A stretch of DNA of 30,508 nt, taken from assembly GCA_977017575.1 (NCBI GenBank), contig CDRNVI010000230.1, positions 1-30,508 on the forward strand, in the 5' to 3' direction. The stretch comes from Paramoeba atlantica. Taxonomy: Eukaryota; Protista; Discosea. This document shows, piece by piece, positions 11,280 through 21,500 of this stretch. The number at the start of each line of letters is the position of its first letter. Within the stretch, counting starts at the first letter, position 1. Below the pieces are notes generated by a model. It was not told where the DNA came from. It ran no database searches and was given only the letters and a program-made list of their open reading frames with translations. The position numbers and the translations under genes are program-made.

Positions 11280-11856
11280 TGTGAAGTGGCCAGGAGTTTG
11301 GGGAAGGAAAGAGTGGGCAGGTGAAGGAAAGAAGGAAAGGGAAGAAAGGGAAAAGAAAGAAAGAGAAAAGTCAAGAGCAAATCATGGGAAAGATTGGCGG
11401 CACATCGCAAAGGGAAACCAACCAAGTAAGTTTATTCCTTTTACCAACAAACAAAAGGAGTATTTGTATGGGACAACAAATATAACAAATGTGGAATTGA
11501 CAAGAAGCAAAACAGAATGAAAGACAAAAACACACAAGAAAAAGGACATCTCTGCGGTGGAGAGATTAAATCACAGATAAATGTTACAGAACACAGGATT
11601 AATTGACATAAAGATTGTTTTAAATAGACAAATAAGATGGTGCGAAAATATTAAGGGAACAACTTGATTTCAGAGTGAGAACTGGGTGGGAAGAGCTCAG
11701 ATGAGAGAGACAGGAATACATGCAGAATCAGAATGGTTTGTACAGTTTTACAAATGTTCATCAGGGATATTCACACAACAGGGGAGCACAGTGGTGTACA
11801 AAGAGAAACAGATTAATTTGCACAACATGGAATCAGTTCACACCAGGATTCTGACA
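11280..11856 (-). mobile_element. Solo LTR (family X, 577 bp) inserted in gypsy-2 RNase H
   Basis: Minus strand TGTCAGAATCCTG...TGGCCACTTCACA with 5-bp TSD GAAGC (+ strand 11275-11279 / 11857-11861). Excision restores IEYAS|RTLTETQQKY..GILWAL. Confidence 0.93.
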
Positions 11857-12873
11857 GAAGCATACTCAATATCTCGGTGGTGGCCATCTTGATCCATCTG
11901 AGTGAGAATCGCTCCAAGACCAAGCTTGCTGGCATCAACATGGATAAAAAATTCCTTTGAGAAGTCAGGATGGGCCATACAGGTTTTGGATGTCAAGAGC
12001 TCCTTTAAGAGATGTATTTCCTTGATGGATTCTTGGGATAGTGAAAACTTCTTTGGATCCATCACTTTGGCTTTTCTCAAGTGTGTTGTTAAACTGGATG
12101 AATGAGGGATGAACCATTTTAACCAAGTAACCATTCCCAAAAATCTCTCAACTTCCTTTGGAGTAGTCGGAAGTGGGTAATTCTGGATTGCCTCAACTTT
12201 TTTTCAGATTTGGCTTCAAACCATCCTTCGTCGCGATAAATCCAAGAATTTCAAAATTTGGCTTGCAAAACGAGCACTTTGCTGGTTGGAGCATCAAATC
12301 ATTGTCCCTCAATCTTTGGAAAATTTTTGTCAGATCAGCCAGATGTTGTTCAAATGTTGAGCTGTAACAAAGGATGTCATTAATGTAGGCAAAACAACAT
12401 TGCCAAACCAGACCACTCAAGACCGTTTCAATAAACCGTTGTTGTGTTGCTGGAGCATTACATAACCCAAAAGGCATCAAGAGAAATTCCCAGAGACCAT
12501 ATTTGCTAGTAAAGGCAGCCTTTTCAATGTCTCCTTCTCTGATTGGGATCAACCAGAAAGCCTCAGACAGGTCAATAGAGGAAAAATAAGAAGAACTGCC
12601 AAGTGCAGCTAAGATTTCATTCATACAGGGTAGTGGATAAGAGTCCTTCTTTGTTTTTTCATTCAGGCGATGGAAATCCACACAAAACCGAACATTTCCA
12701 TTCTTCTTGTCCACCAAGAGAATTGGAGCAGCCCAAGGAGAGTTAGATTTTCTAATCACTTTCCTTTTCACCATCTTGTCAATATGTTTCCATATGATGC
12801 AGTCTTCAACAGGTGTGGTTCTATGGGGTTTTGCTTTCAAGGGTGGACCCTCTGCCTCGATTGGATGACTCAT
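11857..12873 (-). pseudogene. Gypsy-2 RT and RNase H N-half
   Basis: SPWAAPILLVDKK, RFCVDF, YPLP, SIDL..AFW, MPFGLCNAPATQQRF, YIND, KCSF, FFIHVDASKLGLGAILTQ. Confidence 0.95.
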
Positions 12874-12900
12874 TGCTGTGGTCCTAGTAATTGGACCTTC

Positions 12901-14110
12901 TCACTTCTCATCATCCCACAAGTCTTGGAAAGAAACCAACATCTCCACTAATTGTATTTTCTGCCTGTTATTCAATTCAGCATTATCCAAACCAAATTTC
13001 TTGTATGCTTCTTTGAATTTATCAGGTGGATCTTTTTTATGTGCAGCAGACTTGTTTTGGGTGGCAATGTGAGTAAGCAATTGTATCACAGATGAGTCAC
13101 AATTGAGGTCAGGGTCGGGGTGTCTGGTGGATCGATCAGATTTGCCATTCTGATGATCGTGCAACTTCTGTCTCTTCCGTTTAGGTTTTTGAAATAAATC
13201 CTCATCCTCAATCATTTTCTCAAGCCATGGTCCAGTGAGTGCACAGAGATAATTGGCACCAGTCTTTGTATTAACTGATTTTGTGCAAGGTGGTTGTTTC
13301 TTGGGTACAGATTTTCGAAGACAGGGTTCAATCAAAGAGTGTTTCGAGAGTTGAAGAAGCTCAGTGTTTTTGACATCATGGTGATTAAGCTGATAAACTG
13401 TTCCAACTTCGAGATTTTTCTTCACTTGGACCTCAGTCTCAGAATGATTCATCACAAGAACATTCAGTGTGTTGTGTTTTTTACCTTGCTCAATTGTAAC
13501 CAAGCCAGGAAGGAATAACAAACTCTCTGATCCAATTGATGGAAAGAAGAATCCTTCAGGTGACAATGCACGGCCGTTCAGCATTAGTGGAAGGAACACT
13601 GATGATCTCAGAGGGATTGCCTTTGTCTCAACCGAGAGTACTAAGGTCTTATCTTGCCTCTCTACGTTGATGTAGAAATCTGGATCTGTGACCTGAGGAA
13701 GGGTGATGTTGAGCTGTGCCGAATTTGCCTGGATGCATCTCCAACCTTTCCACATTAAATGACCATCTCTGAGGCCTAGGCGACATTGTTTCGTGTTTGA
13801 ACAGGAAGGTCATCAATAATAAAGAACCAGAGTCCTTGGGAAAACCTCTTTCCAACTTGACCACGGTGTGAATCTCTTCATTAATCACAACTTCAGTTGA
13901 GTTTCCCACTTTGACTTGAAGCTCATCAGCTTGCCATCAGTTCAGGATCTCAAATCCAGGACGCAAAAGTTGCTGACAACTGATCGCATTGATACCAGAT
14001 CCCATGTCTATACAAGTAGTAGTTGCTAATCCACCTGCCTGAGACACAACTTCAAATGCACAACCAATATCCCGGCTTTCCGCATTGATTACTAAATTCG
14101 GAAGAACATT
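12901..14110 (-). pseudogene. Gypsy-2 aspartic protease remnant plus PR-RT spacer with a dUTPase-like beta-rich segment
   Basis: CIDMGSGINAIS (degenerate DTG motif, ~14000); FFIIDDLPVQ after a frameshift; then a 284-aa open stretch containing ..LPGLVT..NVLVMNHSETEVQVKKNLEVGTV. Confidence 0.7.
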
Positions 14111-14566
14111 GATCACGTGATCCGAAGGAAGGTTGGTATGGGATGATGGATCAGCCCGAACGTGAACATCAGAGTGTTTCAGAGGTTCTTGAACGTGAGT
14201 GTTGGACTGACTCAGAGGTTCTTTGAATTCAGTTGAGCAACTAGATGAAATCGAAGAATACAATACAATGGGCTCAGAGCAGTAGAAAAACCCAATGGGA
14301 AAACTGGTGCTCGAAGTTCAAAAAAAAAGAAAAGTTGCTTGCTCAAAAAACCAATTGGTGGAAAAATAGCTGACTCAAAAAGAAGATAAACAATCGAAAG
14401 TAGAAGATCGGTTGTTGTGAGGAAACCTGGCCTCCAGGAAAAAACCTCACCAGAATGTTTGTTCGTGAAAACAAGGCACTGTTGTTGTTTCAATTCAAAG
14501 AACAAATGTTCAATCTCGGTATCGAAAGTGAGCGTGAGTTCCAAAAATCAAAACCAGCATCACCAA

Positions 14567-14847
14567 TGAACACGTCTACTTTGGTACAGACTAAAGAAGG
14601 TGTGTCAGAAATATGTTGAATGGACAACTGAAGAGCGGTCCTCAGAAGTCTCACGAAAAAGCGAGAAACTTCCTGATGACATCATCAATGGTGTTCTTTA
14701 TTTAGATTCACAGAAGGTCGACTTGGAGGAGACCAAGGGTCGACTTGAAGGAGATTGGGAATTGACTTGGAGAAGATCAAGAGTTGGATCAAACGAATAG
14801 AGCAGAGAGCCAAGTGTCTTCAGAGTAGCGCACATTGCTCATGTGCA
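14567..14847 (-). repeat. Gypsy-2 5' LTR
   Basis: 281 bp TG..CA, followed on the minus strand by T and then TGGTGATGCTG. Confidence 0.97.
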
Positions 14848-14915
14848 CCACACTCAAATAAAATAAACAAATTTTTTTTGAAAAAAGAAGATTTCCTTTT
14901 TCAATTTTGTGGAGC

Positions 14916-17900
14916 TTAATCCATTTGAGGTTTTTTGAATTCAATTTCATCATCACCAAAACCACATTCATCTCGAACCTTTCTCTTTTTACTTTCTCTT
15001 TCTTCTCCTTGTTCTTCTCCTTCTTCTCTTTGTTCTCCTTCTTCTCTTTGTTCTTCTTTTCCATTTGATTCAATCTTTTCATTCCCTTCTCGTTTTGCAG
15101 GTTTAATTGAACTATCAATGTGAATGTATTCCTATCCAAAAATTGTGTTTCAATTCTTTGTAAATTTCAAAAATAATGAGAAAAAGAAAAAGAAAAACCT
15201 TCAAAAACTTCTTCACTGATTGAGAAGAGGTGATGTCTGCTGGTGTTTGTCCCTAAAATATTTTAAAATATCAAAAAAAAGAGATTCATCAAAAAAAGTG
15301 AATCAATAAATCAAAGAAAAATGAACCAAGTTATTTTTGATTTCAAGATTTGCACCATATTCACACAAAAGTTTCACTATCTCCAACTGTCCCTTTTGTG
15401 CAGCCAGATGGAGCGCAGTATTCCCAGCCTATCATTTTGGGTTGAATGAATTGTTCCCAAAGAGTACCCCAAAAACAAAGAAATATGAAAAACCTCATTT
15501 GTTTTGTTGATTTCAACACCATTTTGCAACATAAATAAAATATACTTATTGGTTGCCCGAAAATGTTGATATTGGATAAGAACCATAAGAGGAGTGAAAC
15601 CCTTCAAAAAAAAATGATTAAAATGATACTCAAAAACACTCTTTCAAAAAAAAATCAAATTAGAAAATACTTGATAGATTTCATTTACATCTGCTCCATT
15701 TTCAACTAAGAACTTAACAACTGGGAAATTAACAAAATAGGAATTACAAACATGATGAAGAATACTCTTTCCCTGTTTTTCCAAAACCAAATTGATGGTA
15801 AATTGAAAGAAAAAAAGAAAGAAAGAAAGAAGAGAGAGGATTGTTTTGAGGAAAGTGATCAAAAAACCAACAAACTTGAACAATGAGATGTGCTCCATTT
15901 TGTAATAATAATTCTGCAATATCCAAATTGTTGTGTATACATGCAAGAGTCAGAGGTGACCAACTTAACTGTGGTGATGAGACTTTGAATAAGACAAAGA
16001 GAAAAGAAATTTCAAAGTTTTTGAAAAAAAAAAAAAAAGAGAATACAAATAAGTTACTGTGAACTCCATTGATTGGACAATTTTTAGAAATCAAAAATTG
16101 AGCCAAATCAAATTTCCCTTTTTGACTTGCAAAACATAAAGGTCCAACATTCAATTCCTGGTGTGTGGAGATAAAAAAATGAAAAAAAGGGGGGAGTTGT
16201 GAATATTGTGTTGAAAACAGAAAAATTGTTCACAAATAAGAAAAAATACCTCTTTCATATTCTCCAATAAATAAGAGATTACATCCATGTGACCCTCTTC
16301 ACATGCCAACACAAGACCATCACCGTTCCCAACTTGAAGTTGAGCACCATGTTTGGTGAAGAAAGAAACAATTTTAAGATCTCCTAATTTACATGCCATG
16401 TGAAAGGGGTTCTAATAATTTGAGAGAAATTTTAAAATCAATTTTTTTGATTTTTACAATAAAAAAAAAATCAAAAAGAGAAAACAAACTCGATTTCCAA
16501 AATTGATTGAAGCACCTCTTTCCACCAATAAAGTAACAATGTCAAAATGACCTCCGTCAGTTGCCTCACACAAAGCTGTCTTTCTCTTTTTGTTTCACAA
16601 AAGTTGATTTTAATATCATCAAAGAAATCTCAAACAAGAGAAAAAAAAAAAAGAAAACCAGATTTCCTTGTTGATCAATCTGAAGATCTTCTATCTTCAA
16701 AAAAGTTTTGACAATCTCTAAATTCCCTTTTTGACAAGCAACATGCCATGGAGACATTTGATCCTAAAATGACAAAAGGACAAAATAAAATTCATTGATT
16801 TCCCTTTCTTCCCTCCTCCCTCCAACATAAATCTAAAGAAGAGACATTCAAAAAATAAAAAACATACTTTTGAAAGGGTATTTGGATGAGCACCCCTTTC
16901 AAGAAGGAAATGAACCATTTTGATATCATTCTCCAAAACTGCAAAACATAAAGGACTCCAACTCTACCAAAAAGAGGTGAATTAAAGGAAATCTCTTTTG
17001 TTTCAGAAATTAATTGTGAAAACTTTGAAAAATGAGAAAGAGAAAAAAAAAAAGGGGTGTGGAAGAAAAAAATAACATTTCGTGAAGAAAAGTTGATATT
17101 TGCGCCTTTGTTGATCAATAATTGTGCCATTTCAAAATCCCCTCTTTTACAAGCACAACAAAAAGAAGTTCCTCCCTTCTGTTCCCCCACCCCCAAAAAA
17201 AGAAAATTGGTAAAGATTAGTTTTTTTTTATGAAAACATTCAAAAAACTGAAGAAAAACTTTACATTTGTTGACAAATCTACCTTTGCTTTGTTGTCAAT
17301 CAAAAGATTTGCCATTTTAATGTCTCCCCTTTCACAACAAATCCATAAAGCGCTTTTCCCTCCCTGTTCAAACAAAATGATCATTTTAAAAAACAAATAA
17401 TAACTTCAAAAGAGGGATCTAAAAATTGATTTGATAAAGAAAGAGAAAGAAAGAAGAGAAACTGTCTTTGTTTGATCTACTTTGGCTCCTTTTTCAATCA
17501 AAAATTTGGCAATTTCAAAGTGTCCTTTTTCACAAACTGAAGATAATGCAGTCTTATTTGGTGTTCGCTACAATCAAACAAATAAAAAAAGAAGAATTGA
17601 GTTGAACACACCAAACAACAATCAAGATGAAAAAATATGATTAGAGAAAAAAAAAAAAGAGATGAGTTACTGAGATTGGATGAAGAGAAGAGCCTTTCTC
17701 AAAAAGAAATTGAACTATTTCAAGATTCCCAAATTCACAAGCGATAATCAATGGATCTGATCCATCCTAAAAACCAAACCAACAGAGACAATCAATCATC
17801 AAACTTTTTTCCTCCTAAGACAAACAACCACTTTTTCAAAAAGAAAGAGAAAAAAACTCGAGCAAGACTCTTGAGGGAAGCACCATTTTCAAGCAACAAA

Positions 17901-18226
17901 GTAATCATCTTTAAGTCTCCTTTTTCACAAGCTCTCATCAAAGGAGTAAACCCTTTCTTTTCTCAAAACTTTCAGATCAAGATCACAACTCAACATACAC
18001 ACAGAATCATCACCAGAGATAATCATGATGATGATCATACACACAAAGATGATGATGATCAATCACAAAAAAGATCAACACACAAAAAAAGAAAGGAGAG
18101 AGACTGAACAACCTGGTGTCTTGGCGATTGATTGACATCCACTTTTTGATTCAAAAGGAGTTGTTTGGCCTTTTCACAATCCCCCTCTTCCACAGCTTCA
18201 AACAATTGGCAGTCTGTTAATGACAT
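14916..18226 (-). CDS. Ankyrin-repeat protein, copy A (~17 exons, acidic C-terminal tail)
   Basis: Exon 1 18226-18113 (MSLTDCQLFEAVEEGDC..), then ~100-nt exons each encoding one ankyrin repeat (KGFTPLMRACEKGD.., DGSDPLIIACEFGN.., MSPWHVACQKGN.., AGNTALHLAAQKGQ..) with GT..AG introns. Last exon 15131-14916 (EYIHIDSSIKPAKRE..KKRK..QMD*). The exons I translated were open; not every exon was checked. Confidence 0.88.
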
Positions 18227-18541
18227 TTCTTTCTCTTTCTCTCTCTTTCTCTCTCTTTCTCTTTTCAAAAAAACAAACTTCTCAAACCAAAAGAGAGAAG
18301 AGAGAAAAAGAGGAAAATGGCAAGTCGCTCCTTTCTTTTTAGAAAACTAAATTTAGCCATTTTCATCATTTCCTCTCTCTTTTGATTTTCATTTTCTCTC
18401 TTTCTTTTGTTCTGAAATTGTCACCTTATTTTTTATTTTTCTATTTTATTATTTTCCCCCTCTTCCCCCTCTCCACCACCCAAATAAAATAAACAAATTC
18501 TTTTTGAAAAAAAAAGATTTCCTTTTTCAATTTTGTGGAGC

Positions 18542-21500
18542 TTAATCCATTCGAGGTTTTTTGAATTCAATTTCATCACCACCAAAACCACATTCATCTC
18601 CAATCTTTCTCTTTTTACTTTCTCTTTCTTCTCCTTGTTCTTCTCCTTCTTCTTCTCCTTCTTCTTCTCCTTCTCTTTGTTCTTCTCCTTCTTCTCTTTG
18701 TTCTCCTTCTTCTCTTTGTTCTTCTCCCCCTTCTCTTTGTTCTTCTCCCCCTTCTCTTTGTTCTTCTTTTCCATTTGATTCAATCTTTTCATTCCCTTCT
18801 CGTTTTGCAGGTTTAATTGAACCATCAATGTGAATGTATTCCTATCCAAAAATTGTGTTTCAATTCTTTGCAAATTTCAAAAATAATGAGAAAAAGAAAA
18901 AGAAAAACCTCCAAAAACTTTTTCACTTGTTGAGAAGAGGTGATGTCTGCTGGTGTTTGTTCCTAAAATATTTTAAAAATATCAAAAATAAGAGATTCAT
19001 CAAAAAAAAGTAAATCAATAAAATCAAAGAAAAATGAACCTGATTATTTTTGATTTCAGGATCAGCACCATGTTCACACAAAAGTTTCACTATCTCCAAC
19101 TCATCCCCACATGCAGCCAGATGGAGCGCAGTACTCCCATCCTATCATTTTGGGTTGAATGAATTGTTCCCAAAGAGTACCCCAAAAAACAAAGAAATGT
19201 GAAAAACCTCATTTGTTTTGTTGATTTCAACACCATTTTGCAACATAAATAAAATACGCTCATTGGTTGCCCGAAAATGTTGAAATTGGATAAGAGCCAT
19301 GAGAGGAGTGCGACCCTTTGAAAAAAAAATGATTAAAATGATACTCAAAAACACCCATTCAAAAAAAAATCAAATTTGAAAAAATACCTGATAGATTTCA
19401 TTTACATCTGTTCCATTTTCAACTAAGAACTTAACAATTGGTAACTTAACAGAATAGGAACCACAAACTTGATGAAGAATACTCTTTCCCTGTTTTCCCC
19501 AAAACCAAATTGATGGTCAATTGAAAGAAAGAAAAAAAAGAAAGAAAAAAAGAAAGAAAGAAGAGAGAGGATTGTTTTGAGGAAAGTGATCAAAAAAACC
19601 AACAAACTTGAACAATGGGATGTGCTCCATTTTGTAATAATAATTCTGCAATATCCAAATTGTTGTTTGCACATGCAAGAGCCAAAGGTGATTGATTTGC
19701 CTGTGGTGATGAGATTTTTAAAAAAAAAAATGAACGAGTAAAATGATACTCAAAAACACCCATTCAAAAAAAAATCAAATTAGAAAATACTTGATAGATT
19801 TCATTTACATCTGCTCCATTTTCAACTAAGAGCTTAACAACTGGTAAAGTAGCAGAAGAATAACCACAAACATGATGAAGAATACTCTTTCCCTGTTTTT
19901 TCCAAAACCAAATTGATGGTAAATTGAAAGAAAAAAAAGAAAGAAAAAAGAGAGAGGATTATTTTGAGGAAAGTGATCAAAAAAACCCAACAAACTTGAA
20001 CAATGAGATGTGCTCCATTTTGTAATAATAATTTTGCAATATCCACATTGTTGTTTGTACATGCAAGAGCCAAAGGTGATCGACCATGCTGCGGTGATGT
20101 GAGACTTTTGAAAAAGACAAAGAGAAAAGAAATTTCAAAGTTTTTGAAAAAAAAAAAGAAAAAAAAGAGAATACAAATAGATTATGAACTCCATTGATTG
20201 GACAATTTTTAGAAATCAAAAATTGAGCCAAATCAAATTTCCCATTTTGACTTGCAAAACATAAAGGTCCAACATTCAATTCCTGGTGTGTGGAGATAAA
20301 AAAAGGTTAAAAAAAGGGGTGGGGGTGGTTGTGTTGAAAACAGAAAAAAATGTTTCTGAATAAAAAAATACCTCTTTCATATTCTCCAATAAATAAGAGA
20401 TTACATCCATGTGGCCCTCTTGACATGCAAAGACAAGACCATCACTGTACCCAACTTGAAGTCGAGCACCATGTTTGGTGAAGAAAGAAACAATTTTAAG
20501 ATCTCCTAATTTACATGCAATGTGAAAGGGGTACTGCCTCTGTAACAATTTTTAGAGAAAGAAATTTTAAAATCAAAGTTTTTTTCATTGTTCCAAATAA
20601 AAAAAATAAAAAAGAGAGAAAACAGACTCGATTTTCAAAATTGATTGAAGCACCTTTTTCCACCAATAAAGTAACAATGTCAAAATGACCTCCCAGAGTT
20701 GCCTCAAACAAAGCTGTCTTTCCCTTTTTTTTCACAAAAGTTGATTTCAATAAATCATCAAAGAAATCTCAAACAAGAGAAAAGAAAAAAAGAAAAAACC
20801 TCTTTTCCTTGTTGATCAATCTGAAGATCTTCTATTTTCAAAAAAGTTTTGACAATCTCTAAATTCCCTTTTTGACAAGCAACGTGAAATGGAGACATTC
20901 GATCCTAAAATGACAAAAGAACAAAATAGAATTCATAAATCCCCCTTCCTCACCTCACCTCCAACATACATATAAAGACAAGCCATCCAAAAAATAAAAA
21001 AAAAGTAAAATGTTCAAATAAAAAAATTAAAAAAAAAGAAAACAGACATTATCTCTAAAATTGATTGAAGCACCTCTTTCCACCAATAAAGTAATAATGT
21101 CAAAATGACCTCCCTCAGTTGCCTCATACAAAGCTGTCTTTCCCTTTTTGTTTCACAAAAGTTGATTTCAATAAATCATCAAAGAAATCTCAAACAAGAG
21201 AAAAGAAAAAAAGAAACCCAATTTCCTGATTGATCAATCTGAAGATCTTCGATTTTCAAAAAAGTTTTGACAATTTCTAAATTCCCTTTTTGACAAGCAA
21301 CATGCCATGGAGACATTCGGAACTAAAATGACAAAAGGACAAAATAAAATTTCGTAAATTTCTCTTCCTCACCAACATAAATATAAAGACAAGACATTCA
21401 AAAAATAAAAAATAAAAAATAAAAAAGAGAAAACAGACTAGATTTTCAAAATTGGCTGAAGCACCTCTTTCCACCAATAAAGTAATTATGTCAAAATGAC

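Larger units (their letters stand above)
7822..14847 (-). mobile_element. LTR-to-LTR chromodomain-containing Ty3/gypsy (gypsy-2), decayed, with three nested insertions
   Basis: Two 281-bp TG..CA LTRs; 4-bp TSD CCAC (7818-7821 / 14848-14851); PPT AGGTGGGAAGAG (8103-8114); putative PBS TGGTGATGCTG (14555-14565); PR-RT-RH-IN-chromodomain order on the minus strand. Confidence 0.96.

Noticed and set aside
9944-11520. F/L/S-rich and K/E/R-rich ORFs (9944-10372, 10107-10370, 10158-10376, 11191-11520)
   Set aside because: They come from purine/pyrimidine tracts inside the solo LTRs.
14555-14700. Tf1-like self-priming of gypsy-2 (PBS pairing with the LTR)
   Set aside because: Only 5 nt (CACCA) of complementarity found in the LTR.
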